From IMG/VR virus record IMGVR_UViG_3300034378_000060: a stretch of 64,000 nt of DNA; one strand, 5' to 3'. The notes under the pieces were generated by a model. The model saw only the letters and a list, made by a program, of their open reading frames with translations, was not told the DNA's origin and did no database searches. The DNA comes from an uncultured virus (IMG/VR IMGVR_UViG_3300034378_000060). Its lineage: Duplodnaviria > Heunggongvirae > Uroviricota > Caudoviricetes. The position numbers and the translations under genes were made by a program. Numbering within the stretch: position 1 is the stretch's first letter; each line of letters starts with the position of its first letter. Below, one piece after another: positions 1-8,896 of the stretch.

Positions 1-420
1 CTTGAAAACCCATCTTGCCCCGTGAGCCATTCCGCCAATACTAACTCCCCAACCTTTCTTCACTTCTTGAATAAGTGTGGGAAATTTTGCCGTATTAACG
101 ATTTCAGCCCAGAACTTGATTTTCCTCTTCACTTTATCGAAGACGGTTTTCACGATTTTGCCAATTTTGTTTCGTGTAACGTTAGCATGCATGTTCTTTG
201 TCATTAGACCAGTATTAGGGTCTTTCTTTGTCATCGTTCCAGTATAGATAGGAACACCTTCAGCAGACTTGGCAATCTTAGCCATTTCTTGAATAGTGTA
301 GAGATTCTTGTTTCTACTAAGACCTTCCACAAGTAGTGTTCCAGTAATCATCGCTACGCCAGCAACAGTTTCTTCTACTGTTACTTCAACAGGTGTAAGG
401 AAATTGAATGGAAATTGCAT
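1..420 (-). CDS. Prohead (capsid maturation) protease, partial at window edge
   Basis: Not in ORF track. Hand translation: MQFPFNFLTPVEVTVEETVAGVAMITGTLLVEGLSRNKNLY...MHANVTRNKIGKIV...WGVSIGG. The SRNxNxY, His and GVSIGG motifs fit HK97/T4 gp21-type assembly proteases. Confidence 0.65.
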   Translation of the reverse strand, partial: MQFPFNFLTPVEVTVEETVAGVAMITGTLLVEGLSRNKNLYTIQEMAKIAKSAEGVPIYTGTMTKKDPNTGLMTKNMHANVTRNKIGKIVKTVFDKVKRKIKFWAEIVNTAKFPTLIQEVKKGWGVSIGGMAHGARWVFK

Positions 421-427
421 TTCTTCA

Positions 428-796
428 CTAAAGGTCATTTAAATACCACTCCAAAATTGGATTTTCCCCTGTTTCCATGGGTTCATCTTCATAGTCTTCT
501 GGAACAGTTTCCTCAACGAATTCAATGTCAGTTTTTGTGACATTAATTTCATAGACCAGTTTGGTTTCGGCAACTGAATAATCATGGCTTTTAATCCACG
601 CTTTTGCCTTAGAAACTGTCCAACCTTTTGCCCGTGAAAAAAGAATGCTCACTATCGAAGAACCACCGCCTTTCACAAAAGCAATTAACGCTCGAATACC
701 CTTAGAAGCAGAAAGAGTTTTCATCCTAAAACGAGCGACATTCTTTACAGTCTTCACACGGATTCGTATATAGTTCGCAGACTTCTCAACGGGCAT
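428..796 (-). CDS. Head-associated hypothetical protein with C-terminal W-helix motif
   Basis: Directly upstream of the protease. Contains VAET and VEET and ends NPILEWYLNDL. Confidence 0.55.
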   Translation of the reverse strand: MPVEKSANYIRIRVKTVKNVARFRMKTLSASKGIRALIAFVKGGGSSIVSILFSRAKGWTVSKAKAWIKSHDYSVAETKLVYEINVTKTDIEFVEETVPEDYEDEPMETGENPILEWYLNDL

Positions 797-819
797 CTTG
801 ACTCTCTCCGTTACTTTGA

Positions 820-1104
820 TTATTCTGACTTAAGTTGTTCGATAAGCCAGTCAAGAAGGTCTTTCTTACCAGTCTCTTCAACGGACTTGGCAACTTCTTC
901 ACCGACTATTTTCTTGTCAACGAGAATCCTAACAAGCAAACGAATTCGCTTGCTCAGTCGTTCATGGTCTTCTCGCTGTTCTCGCTGTCGCTCTGAGAGA
1001 CGTTCAATACGCCTACTGAGATAATCGTAATCATTTTGCGTCATGGGTTTTGCTTCTTCTTTCTCAGACATATCTATCACTTCTGAATGTTGTCCAGAAA
1101 CCAT
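820..1104 (-). CDS. Coiled-coil head-associated protein with C-terminal W-helix motif (likely start MSEKEE)
   Basis: Ends SVEETGKKDLLDWLIEQLKSE. Confidence 0.55.
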   Translation of the reverse strand: MVSGQHSEVIDMSEKEEAKPMTQNDYDYLSRRIERLSERQREQREDHERLSKRIRLLVRILVDKKIVGEEVAKSVEETGKKDLLDWLIEQLKSE

Positions 1105-1430
1105 TCTACGATGGCATCTGGGTCATATGCTGTTTCGGTAACGTATTTGCCCCACTTATATTTCTTTGGGTCGTGTTTAACACCGTAACGTTTAGCACGT
1201 CTCACAAGACATTTATAGATTTTCTTCCGAACTTCTGTGGGAAGTCTATGACCGAATTGTGACAATCGAGCGAAGGCATTACTAACGTGCTTTGCGTCAT
1301 GAGACGGATACGTTCTATTCGGACCACAAAACGATTTCTGTGGCATCTTCTTACGTTCAGCGTAAGTTAAGACAGCCTCTTGAATGGAAAGCCCTTCATA
1401 ATTGGCAATCACTTCAACGTCTTGTTCCAA
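1077..1430 (-). CDS. DUF6582-like head-associated protein with C-terminal W-helix motif
   Basis: SFCGPNRTYPSHDAKHVSNAFARLSQF resembles the YP-D-H-NA-AR domain seen near phage head genes. Ends VTETAYDPDAIVEWFLDNIQK. Confidence 0.55.
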   Translation of the reverse strand: MEQDVEVIANYEGLSIQEAVLTYAERKKMPQKSFCGPNRTYPSHDAKHVSNAFARLSQFGHRLPTEVRKKIYKCLVRRAKRYGVKHDPKKYKWGKYVTETAYDPDAIVEWFLDNIQK

Positions 1431-1500
1431 ATACGAACACCTTCAGCATATATGCTAACAGAAAATAGACAGTACGAGTATTTAAATGTTATGCTTGTCC

Positions 1501-1935
1501 CTAACGAAAAATGAATTTCTGTGGGGGAGTCTTCTTGAAAGTTGGAAGACCAATAACTGCAATAATACATGATGTCACCCGTTTGACGTGTAAATCCATT
1601 TTGAAGGATTCTGCATTCACTAATTTGTTGCCCTTCACATACATCAATATTTTGTTCGGGTCGGTATTCATATGAATCTTTACTGGTTCTCCTGTTAATT
1701 CAACATCAACGAATTCATCTTTCCCTACTGGGATATGACGACCAGCATGCGAATTGATTTCAATCTCTTCTACAAACCCTTCAAAAACAAGTCCCTTATG
1801 AGTAGGGAGAACGCACTTTAAAAACGTGCGGGGAAATTGAGAAAATGCGGAATTAGCCGTAGGTTTGGGTTTAGGCTTTTTGCTTTGGGATGTCAAAGTG
1901 AGAAGCCCGTCCTTGCGATACGTATTGTCCGCCAA
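1501..1935 (-). CDS. Hypothetical protein, FxFR-tailed
   Basis: Ends QKFIFR-stop. Confidence 0.65.
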   Translation of the reverse strand: MADNTYRKDGLLTLTSQSKKPKPKPTANSAFSQFPRTFLKCVLPTHKGLVFEGFVEEIEINSHAGRHIPVGKDEFVDVELTGEPVKIHMNTDPNKILMYVKGNKLVNAESFKMDLHVKRVTSCIIAVIGLPTFKKTPPQKFIFR

Positions 1936-2686
1936 GTTCGTCCTTTACGATTCTGGCTATCTGGGCAAAATTTTCTCCGCCAAGATATTCTTTGATTTCG
2001 ACAACAAACATCGTTGCAGAGGCTTCTGTGTTTATCGCCAAGTTTCCGCTATCTATCCATTTCTTCAACTTTTGCTCAATCAATTCCTGTCTCGAAACGG
2101 GTTTAGAAGGTGTAGTCGCCTTCTCCTTTTTCTCCTTCTTCTCTACTGGTTTGGATGTTCCAAGTTTACCCACAGCAATCGTAAAGTGGGAATCTCTTCC
2201 AGCACTATGATACTCTCCACCCGCTTCTCTGATTATGGAAGCAATCTTGCCAAAGTCTTTATCAAGATATTGTCTCGGACTAACTTTGATTATGTCTCCC
2301 GTCTGTTCAAACAAAAGCAAGTCTTCAAGTTCTTTGGGAAACATCATTTTCAGATTAGTTACAGCATCACTATCTGCTGATGAAGGTGTACTGGTCTCTT
2401 TCTTGGCTATCGTCTTTTGTTCTGTCTTCTTTGGAGTCTCAACTTTCTTCTCAGGCTGTGGGTTTGGATTAGCCATTAGAAGTAGAAGTTGACCAAGTTT
2501 CTCGTCTATGCTCTTAAGTTTGAAAGCAGTATAAAGACCAATCTCGGTTGCCGATGGTTTCTTTTTCTGTTTTTTTGCTTGAGGGTCGTCCTCTGGTCTT
2601 GCGAAAGATGAGTGTGGTGGTGTTTCAGCATCTTCCTTCACAAAGTTTTCCTCAACTTTCTTGGTAATCTTTTCTTCTTCTGACAT
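1871..2686 (-). CDS. Hypothetical protein with an internally duplicated domain
   Basis: Two copies: QYLDKDFGKIASIIREAGGEYHSAGRDSHF and EYLGGENFAQIARIVKDELGGQYVSQGRASHF. Confidence 0.75.
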   Translation of the reverse strand: MSEEEKITKKVEENFVKEDAETPPHSSFARPEDDPQAKKQKKKPSATEIGLYTAFKLKSIDEKLGQLLLLMANPNPQPEKKVETPKKTEQKTIAKKETSTPSSADSDAVTNLKMMFPKELEDLLLFEQTGDIIKVSPRQYLDKDFGKIASIIREAGGEYHSAGRDSHFTIAVGKLGTSKPVEKKEKKEKATTPSKPVSRQELIEQKLKKWIDSGNLAINTEASATMFVVEIKEYLGGENFAQIARIVKDELGGQYVSQGRASHFDIPKQKA

Positions 2687-2721
2687 ACTCAGTCACTAAC
2701 AGAAATTGTATAACACCGAAG

Positions 2722-2738
2722 TATTTAAACCTTGCGGT
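2722..2738 (-). promoter_or_regulatory. Archaeal BRE-TATA promoter
   Basis: ACCGCAAGGTTTAAATA about 35 nt upstream of the ORF starting at 2686. Confidence 0.65.
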
Positions 2739-2952
2739 TTAGATTCTCAGCAAGTCGAATCTGGGCACAAATAAGCCATTCTTTAGCGGTTCGCCGTTGA
2801 ATGGAATATCTACCCATCAAGTCCAGTATCACAGTTGGATTGTACGGCTCATAAGGATTCTTTACAATCTTATCCTTCGTCTCTTTATGAAGGTCTGTTT
2901 CGAGAGCATGTAGAATCACATCAATATAATGCTCTCGGTCTTCATGTTGCAT
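2725..2952 (-). CDS. Hypothetical protein
   Basis: Abuts neighbouring genes in the same orientation. Confidence 0.55.
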   Translation of the reverse strand: MQHEDREHYIDVILHALETDLHKETKDKIVKNPYEPYNPTVILDLMGRYSIQRRTAKEWLICAQIRLAENLNRKV

Positions 2953-2958
2953 TGAAGG

Positions 2959-3882
2959 TCACTCTGGCTTAACATTCAACTTGTCTGTCTTATGCTTCAC
3001 CGTCAAGAATCGTTTCGGATTGATTATGTTTGGATATGTGAAGTGCCAAGGTCTAAGTCGTATCTGGTCATCAGCAAGCAATATTGCCCCACCGATGTCT
3101 GGTTGCCATTTAGCATACCATTTTACGGCTTTGTCGTATGGAACGTAGAATTGCCAGCATGGAAGAATCATATATCGAATTGTTGATTTATGAAGTTCCA
3201 TATATTCATGTCTGTGTGCCCTAATTATCATGTCAACTTTTGGAAGTTTCCCCATAGCGTGGGCTTGAAGGAATTGACCGATGTCTCTTCCGAGAACGGT
3301 CTCTGGATACACGGTTGCCCCTGTTGCGGGATGTGCAAGCCAAATGACTTTCTTGAACTTGCCATACTTCAATGTTATGTATGAGAATTCACCCATGTAT
3401 TTAGCAGTTATTCCGTATTTGCTTCCAAGTTTCTCAGCAATTGATTCTTCAATTGAAGTGTCTCTCGATGTGTGGTATGGTGTTCCACGGAATAGTAATA
3501 CTTTCTCAATTGATGGAACTTTCTTACAAACATAGTTAATCAAGAATGCACAAGCATCCTTCTGTGTTTCCAAGTCAACCATCATCATGTAGAGTCCTTG
3601 CTCTTTATAGTTCTTACCAGCGATAAGGTCTCCGAGAATAATCAGCGTGTTTATTTTACATTTGTTCAATTGGTCAATGTAGTCATTGAAGTAAGTCCAA
3701 AGGGTTTCTTGTCCACCGTTCAAAGCGATTGGTCGCTCATAACGGTCTGAGAAGTCTTTAGGGAAAAGACCATGTTCAGCCCCAACATGCAAATCTGATA
3801 TGAAACCTATCCTGAATGGATAGTCATGAGATAGCTTAAGTAGTTTACCGTTTAATACTAATTCGTCTTTCATTGCAATCAA
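2959..3882 (-). CDS. Calcineurin-like metallophosphoesterase
   Basis: SDLHVG, LGDL, GTPYH, AH and AHRH motifs. Confidence 0.8.
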   Translation of the reverse strand: MIAMKDELVLNGKLLKLSHDYPFRIGFISDLHVGAEHGLFPKDFSDRYERPIALNGGQETLWTYFNDYIDQLNKCKINTLIILGDLIAGKNYKEQGLYMMMVDLETQKDACAFLINYVCKKVPSIEKVLLFRGTPYHTSRDTSIEESIAEKLGSKYGITAKYMGEFSYITLKYGKFKKVIWLAHPATGATVYPETVLGRDIGQFLQAHAMGKLPKVDMIIRAHRHEYMELHKSTIRYMILPCWQFYVPYDKAVKWYAKWQPDIGGAILLADDQIRLRPWHFTYPNIINPKRFLTVKHKTDKLNVKPE

Positions 3883-3923
3883 CCTATACTCTTACAAACA
3901 CCCTATTTAAAGGTTATGGTCAC

Positions 3924-3939
3924 TTAATCAAATGATTAA
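3924..3939. repeat. 16-bp palindrome family TTAAKCRNTGMTTAA-like (first of about 25 copies)
   Basis: Copies start at 3924, 5876, 8125, 11884, 23724, 27968, 31070, 31787, 32172, 32233, 35196, 37235, 38707, 39328, 39419, 40954, 43141, 44874, 45516, 47730, 49716, 52098, 52142, 56792 and 60951. Confidence 0.9.
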
Positions 3940-3967
3940 AACGCACTTATAAATCTTTTCACTTCGA

Positions 3968-4438
3968 TTACCGATATTTGTATGCAAAAATGAGTTTAGG
4001 CGTTCTTTTCACCCATTTTCTGTCGTGCCAAGACTTTCCACGGCGAGTTGTGCCAAAACCTTGGGTCATACCAATATATGTCCAGTTGTCAGCTTTGTAA
4101 ATTGCCCCTGTTCTCGGTGGTTTAACGAATGTCATCAGACCAACCAACTTTTCATCGTATTTCGCATCATAATCCCGCTTTATCTGTCTTCTGAATGATT
4201 TAAGCGTCATTGAAGCTAGATTTGGTTCTGGTCGGATAATTCTGAAAACTTCATTGTTCATTAATGTGCAAAGGGTGTCTGCTCTAGTCTCTTTTGTTAT
4301 ACCAAAGAAATTATCAATTGGTTTTACTGAGTATGGTGGACTGTTTGCCCCGATGATGCCTACCAGCCGTTGTTTGAAGATTACTAAGTAACATGAACTT
4401 CGCCCAACAATTCCAAGGCTCTCAGGATAGTGACTCAA
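3968..4438 (-). CDS. Mom-like (GNAT-fold) putative DNA modification protein
   Basis: GAIYKADNWTYIGMTQG matches the G-IY-A-NW-Y-G-T signature of Mom/DUF4338-like proteins. The frame stays open upstream to about 4558. Confidence 0.6.
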   Translation of the reverse strand: MSHYPESLGIVGRSSCYLVIFKQRLVGIIGANSPPYSVKPIDNFFGITKETRADTLCTLMNNEVFRIIRPEPNLASMTLKSFRRQIKRDYDAKYDEKLVGLMTFVKPPRTGAIYKADNWTYIGMTQGFGTTRRGKSWHDRKWVKRTPKLIFAYKYR

Positions 4439-4460
4439 GTATAGAGAGGCAAAAACCTTA

Positions 4461-4724
4461 TCACCTTTCGGAACACGAATTAAACATGGATATTTGAAGC
4501 TCTCTGGATAGAAATATGTTTGTTGAAGACGTTGTTTTAATACTGGATTCTGGGAGAGCTAACATTCCGCTGTGACCTTTCCCCCGTTCTTCTGCTACGT
4601 CCTCTGGATACTTGCCATATTTCTTGAAATAGCAATCTCGGCAATACCAAGTGCCCCAAATACGATAACGACCTTTCTCACCACAATGGTCGCAAATAGA
4701 TGTTCTTTTAGCTATGCTTGGCAT
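4461..4724 (-). CDS. Small Zn-finger protein
   Basis: CDHC...CRDC. Confidence 0.5.
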   Translation of the reverse strand: MPSIAKRTSICDHCGEKGRYRIWGTWYCRDCYFKKYGKYPEDVAEERGKGHSGMLALPESSIKTTSSTNIFLSRELQISMFNSCSER

Positions 4725-4870
4725 TAGCGAAACACAAACTCCGATAATCTTTTAGTGTTCTTCAACTCTTCGAGATATAATTCTGTGAATATCTTCCTAC
4801 AAGACTCACATGTGAACGTGCTTCTCACGAAATCTGGTTTTAATGGTTTACCGCATTCTGGACATCTCAT
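4724..4870 (-). CDS. Zn-ribbon micro-protein, FxFR-tailed (48 aa, below ORF-track cutoff)
   Basis: MRCPECGKPLKPDFVRSTFTCESCRKIFTELYLEELKNTKRLSEFVFR-stop, with ATGA and TAATG overlaps to its neighbours. Confidence 0.75.
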   Translation of the reverse strand: MRCPECGKPLKPDFVRSTFTCESCRKIFTELYLEELKNTKRLSEFVFR

Positions 4871-5055
4871 CTGAAGACGAACACCATCCTTGGTTTAAGA
4901 AAATCCTCTCCCTTCTTAACAAAAGCATAGAAAGTATCAAGCCATTCCTTGCAAAAAGTTACTGGATTCTTATGTTTTTCTGAACATGGTGTGCAATAAT
5001 ACAAGCCAGCATTCGCAGAATAATTGAGTTGATTGTGACACCATGGACATTTCAT
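4867..5055 (-). CDS. Zn-ribbon micro-protein, FxFR-tailed
   Basis: CPWC...CTPC. Ends MVFVFR. Confidence 0.75.
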   Translation of the reverse strand: MKCPWCHNQLNYSANAGLYYCTPCSEKHKNPVTFCKEWLDTFYAFVKKGEDFLKPRMVFVFR

Positions 5056-5420
5056 CGGAATACAAACTTCCCGTCAACTATAATGCAAGTCGTAATTTTG
5101 TTACATTTCACACACATAATTTTGTAGCGAGCTTTTGAGTCATACTCTCGCTTGTTTACAACCTTGGTTTGAAGTTGACCGCACTCTATACACTTAACGG
5201 TCACGAAATATTTAACGTTACTGGTCTTTTTCGACAAACTTCCCACGTCCTTTATATTTGCCACACTCACGGCGACTTTTCTTCTTCGAGAGCTTCCCTT
5301 CGATTTCTGCTTCTTCACGAAAGTCTTCATCTGGAAACATATCTGGTTCTTCGGCTTGCCAATCTTCATATTCTTTGTAGATTTTCGCTGAGAATTTTTT
5401 ATCATTCCATAGTTTATCAT
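5052..5420 (-). CDS. Zn-ribbon micro-protein, FxFR-tailed (true start probably near 5203)
   Basis: CIEC...CVKC. Ends GKFVFR. The N-terminal part overlaps ORF 5218..5514. Confidence 0.6.
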   Translation of the reverse strand: MINYGMIKNSQRKSTKNMKIGKPKNQICFQMKTFVKKQKSKGSSRRRKVAVSVANIKDVGSLSKKTSNVKYFVTVKCIECGQLQTKVVNKREYDSKARYKIMCVKCNKITTCIIVDGKFVFR

Positions 5421-5514
5421 GAAATGCCCGTTCTTCCTCTTTGGTCATGTCCTTACACTTGATTAATCTAAGCCAACCAGAATACGTATATTGCCATCGT
5501 TTGAGTTCGGGCAT
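5218..5514 (-). CDS. Hypothetical protein
   Basis: Starts just downstream of the tRNA. Confidence 0.55.
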   Translation of the reverse strand: MPELKRWQYTYSGWLRLIKCKDMTKEEERAFHDKLWNDKKFSAKIYKEYEDWQAEEPDMFPDEDFREEAEIEGKLSKKKSRRECGKYKGRGKFVEKDQ

Positions 5515-5531
5515 TTTTCTTCACATGTGAA

Positions 5532-5609
5532 TGGTGCGGACGGGGCGGATTCGAACCCCCGTTACCCGCTCGGCAAGCGGGCGTGCTAAACCACTAACAC
5601 TACGTCCGC
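5532..5609 (-). tRNA. tRNA-Gly(GCC), CCA encoded
   Basis: GCGGACG acceptor stem, CCCGC-TTGCCGA-GCGGG anticodon arm, GGTTCGAATCC T-loop and 3' ACCA. The T-stem has one extra G. Confidence 0.9.
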
Positions 5610-5632
5610 ATAATTAGTAAGGAACAGCAAAA

Positions 5633-5649
5633 TATTTAAACTTTGCGGT
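5633..5649 (-). promoter_or_regulatory. BRE-TATA promoter of tRNA-Gly
   Basis: ACCGCAAAGTTTAAATA about 24 nt upstream of the tRNA 5' end. Confidence 0.75.
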
Positions 5650-6349
5650 TGCTTACTTTATCAAAAAGAACCTTGAATCGCTTATTGCTGAAGTTGAGTT
5701 TTTTATCTGAAACTGGTTACAAACACAGATACAAAAGGCGACTTTTAACTTTAAGTGACAATCTCATTCCCATCAACGATATATACAACCAAATATATAA
5801 ATATTGCGGTTCATACTTGTGAATTCTTGCTTTCAAATGATACATTCATGTAATGGACTTTTCCATGGTCTTTATTTAATCAGTTGATTAACTGTCCAAA
5901 ATGCTTAAATAGTTGAAATCCCTAAAGTAGAGTTACCCAATGCGGTGAAAAAATGCTTTCCATGGTCAAAAACTCTCACCTAAACTGTCAATGTAACAAG
6001 TGGGTGGAGTTAGTAATTGAATGCATGCCTATGTTGAGTAGTAAAGAGAGGTTTCGTAATATGTTGTTGAACAACATTGAAACCAATGAATGGGGCACGT
6101 TGGTTAAGACCGTCCCCACGCCTATCGGGTTATTCTTTGAAAGAATGTGAAATAAGTATTCAACATAGTCAACAACCCAATCGGACCATAACGAACAAAG
6201 TCAACCATTAACAGCAGTAAGTCTATCACACACAACACACACAAAAAAGTGGATTACACATAAAACAACCCAAAAATTTTTCGGGCGGGCTTCCATTTTT
6301 CGTTAAGAATCAGCACAATTTTTAAATAGTTGACAATACTTAATTTTTC

Positions 6350-6538
6350 ATGGTATTTATATTGCTTAATGGTTTCCATCCATGCCCGCCAAGATTAGGG
6401 ATGATATTTCCTTATCCTTCTACATATGAGGATTACTATCGGTGGCTCTTTCACGCCAAGATGCTAAAACTAAGACGGCTGAGATGGAAGAAGCGTTACT
6501 TGCTCTGGAAAGCAATGAAAATTTTCGTGTTTCGCTAA
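6350..6538 (+). CDS. Hypothetical micro-protein, FxFR-tailed
   Basis: Ends KIFVFR. TTTAAATA lies upstream. Confidence 0.6.
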   Translation: MVFILLNGFHPCPPRLGMIFPYPSTYEDYYRWLFHAKMLKLRRLRWKKRYLLWKAMKIFVFR

Positions 6539-6576
6539 CCGCAACGTTTATTAGCAACTTCTGTTAAGTAACTATT

Positions 6577-6861
6577 GTGATAAATATGCCATATACTAAC
6601 GCTCAAAATCGTTTGGAATGTCTCAATGAAGGATTACCAAGACTGGTAGAACATTTGAAGAGAAAGACAAAAGGCGGTAAAGAAAACAACGGTGTCGTAA
6701 CCTACGTAATCTATAAAATCCTCAAAGAAGTCTATGGACAAGGACGCTGGGAAGCAAAAGCAAACGCCTTCAAAGTTCTGGCATCGTGCAGACAAGAATT
6801 TGAAGACAAAATTATGAGACCGCACGAAGATGATGCAATAGAACGAAATGGTGATGTCTAA
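6577..6861 (+). CDS. Phage hypothetical protein (DUF6899-like)
   Basis: G-x-x-TY-I...C-x-x-EF...P-x-ED...NGDV pattern. Confidence 0.55.
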   Translation: MINMPYTNAQNRLECLNEGLPRLVEHLKRKTKGGKENNGVVTYVIYKILKEVYGQGRWEAKANAFKVLASCRQEFEDKIMRPHEDDAIERNGDV

Positions 6862-6967
6862 TGCGTTGGGTTCATTGCTCTAAATGTAACATAGACCATC
6901 CTGATTATGACCCTTGCCCTAGATGCGGACGAATAGTGCCCCACTTCGTTGTGCGAGTGATTAAGTA

Positions 6968-7288
6968 ATGTGTTTATGCAAACTGGTCATCTTCACATTC
7001 AGTAACAAGACAGCATTCAGAAGGCTTGAACATAAACTCAAACAATTAGATGAAGAACTTAAACATAAATGTTATCCAGAAGGAACAGCGTGGATTGTGA
7101 CTAATACCACTTACTACACGCCACAAGCACGAGACGAGTTTCCATATGAAATGTTACGCACTCTTGCAGATATGTATGCCATTCACACAAATCATATTCA
7201 CTTCAAAGGTTGGGACGAATACAGAGCAATGCGTAAAACAGTCGGAGACCAAGACGTATTCGGACATGTGGAAGTAAAAGTGACTTGA
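6968..7288 (+). CDS. Hypothetical protein
   Basis: Co-oriented ORF chain. Confidence 0.5.
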   Translation: MCLCKLVIFTFSNKTAFRRLEHKLKQLDEELKHKCYPEGTAWIVTNTTYYTPQARDEFPYEMLRTLADMYAIHTNHIHFKGWDEYRAMRKTVGDQDVFGHVEVKVT

Positions 7289-7656
7289 CTCACTACACAG
7301 CCGAGATTCCCTATTATCCGAGCGGAAATCATGATTCGTATTACTTCTCAGGACAACTCTCAGATGGAACGTTAGTAGAGGAAATCCATATAGGAAGCGA
7401 ACGTCTCTCAGCAATAATTCATGAAATTAATGAATGTGAATTGACACATCTCTTAGAGGACAAGTTTGGAGAAGAGATGCAAAGTAACGTTTTCTTTGAA
7501 GTAACCAAAAAAACGCTAAAACAAATGAAGAGAAACTTCAAAGGAGAAAAGATTTTTACAAAAATTAGGGATAGGGTGTTCATCACCCATTTGATTAGCC
7601 CATACGGAGAGGGCAATTGTTTCATGCCACGAAAAAAGTATCGGGCTATATGGTGA
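7285..7656 (+). CDS. Hypothetical protein
   Basis: Overlaps the previous stop codon. Confidence 0.5.
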   Translation: MTHYTAEIPYYPSGNHDSYYFSGQLSDGTLVEEIHIGSERLSAIIHEINECELTHLLEDKFGEEMQSNVFFEVTKKTLKQMKRNFKGEKIFTKIRDRVFITHLISPYGEGNCFMPRKKYRAIW

Positions 7657-7662
7657 TTTTTA

Positions 7663-8070
7663 TCATGCCGTTGGTTCTACTGTTATAGTCCAGTCAAGTG
7701 CATATCCGCTTGCTTCTTCACCCATTATATCATCAGCCCCACCAGTTCGTGGTCGCCAACGATAGATAAGACAGTTGTTCAATTGGATTGACGTATTTGC
7801 TATTGCTACTCCCGCATTCGTTTGAAGACTTCCCTTCAACGTAAATTGAAGTTCGCCACCGAACAAGTCGAGCAATAGGTCTTCTTGAGTCGCATCGGCG
7901 TAATACCATCTTGTTATGGTGAAAGATGCAGATTTCGAACCGACTGAATGGCTTTTAAGTCGTGAACCGTATTTTGCTTCTGGACCGCCTTCATATCCAA
8001 GGCTAATGTCCAAGCCTTCGACTACACTCAACGTATAGTCAGTAGAGCCATACGTAATTACCAATACCAT
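7663..8070 (-). CDS. Putative tail tube-like structural protein
   Basis: 135 aa, beta-rich. The EAKYGSR...VGSKSASFTITRWY pattern and terminal EEASGYALD resemble tail tube proteins. It has its own promoter. Confidence 0.45.
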   Translation of the reverse strand: MVLVITYGSTDYTLSVVEGLDISLGYEGGPEAKYGSRLKSHSVGSKSASFTITRWYYADATQEDLLLDLFGGELQFTLKGSLQTNAGVAIANTSIQLNNCLIYRWRPRTGGADDIMGEEASGYALDWTITVEPTA

Positions 8071-8279
8071 GTTCGTGCATCTATATGGTCCTGCCAAACA
8101 CAAACACCTTCTTCTATTTGATACTTAATCAATTGCTTAAATGGGTATTTAAGTCTTTTCCTTCGCACTTACAATTTTTGGAACAGAAACATTTAAATAG
8201 CCAGACGTATGTCCGACAAAACTACCGAAAGCCTTATATAGTCGTTTGCCAACTCTTTTTGTTAGAGCGTGTTGCAACA

Positions 8280-8738
8280 TTGAGTGAAAAATCTACTGTG
8301 GAGATTCTTAGTTGGCGTTATGACAACGAGAAAGACCGATTAGAACTTACTGCTAACATTGATGGTGAACAGAAGGAAATTGTACTTCCATTGACAGTCT
8401 TAGAAGAGATGTCTGAACTTGTGCCATCTTTCGAAGAAGAGAAGATAATCAACGAACTACTCAAAGGCATCAAAGAAGTCATACAGAAACGACATCTGGT
8501 AATCGAAGAACTTGACAAAGCATTAGATGACTTAAGGAAGGGACACGAAGAAGCACGAAAAGAACTGAAAGCAAAAGGCATTGATAAAATCGAAGTTCTG
8601 CAATGGAATGGCGTAATTAAGAGTTTAGCAGCCGAGAAGGTTGTTATTGCTGAGAAACGACATCTAATCAAGTTACTTCTTGCAGATGAAAGTGACCTAC
8701 GAGTTAGACTTGCGAAAATCCGTGCTGGTAGAAGGTAA
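8280..8738 (+). CDS. Helical hypothetical protein upstream of terminase (possible small subunit)
   Basis: TTG start inferred after the promoter CCGAAAGCCTTATATA. Function is from position only. Confidence 0.45.
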   Translation: MSEKSTVEILSWRYDNEKDRLELTANIDGEQKEIVLPLTVLEEMSELVPSFEEEKIINELLKGIKEVIQKRHLVIEELDKALDDLRKGHEEARKELKAKGIDKIEVLQWNGVIKSLAAEKVVIAEKRHLIKLLLADESDLRVRLAKIRAGRR

Positions 8739-8896
8739 TGTCCGTAAAAGCCAACTTGAGTCTGAAACTGTTATCCAGAACGATAATCTACGATGCAAAT
8801 GGTAAAGTGGTCAGCGATACCATAACTAACCATTTGAATGGAACAACAACTAAGACTCCGAAACGCAAAAAGAAAGAGGGATTCGTGTTTAGATAA
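8738..8896 (+). CDS. Micro-protein, FxFR-tailed (52 aa)
   Basis: MSVKANLSLKLLSRTIIYDANGKVVSDTITNHLNGTTTKTPKRKKKEGFVFR-stop, with TAATG overlaps at both ends. Confidence 0.75.
   Translation: MSVKANLSLKLLSRTIIYDANGKVVSDTITNHLNGTTTKTPKRKKKEGFVFR

Noticed and set aside
1865..2492. Plus-strand ORFs opposite 1871..2686 and similar antisense ORFs throughout
   Set aside because: They are shadow ORFs of better supported genes.
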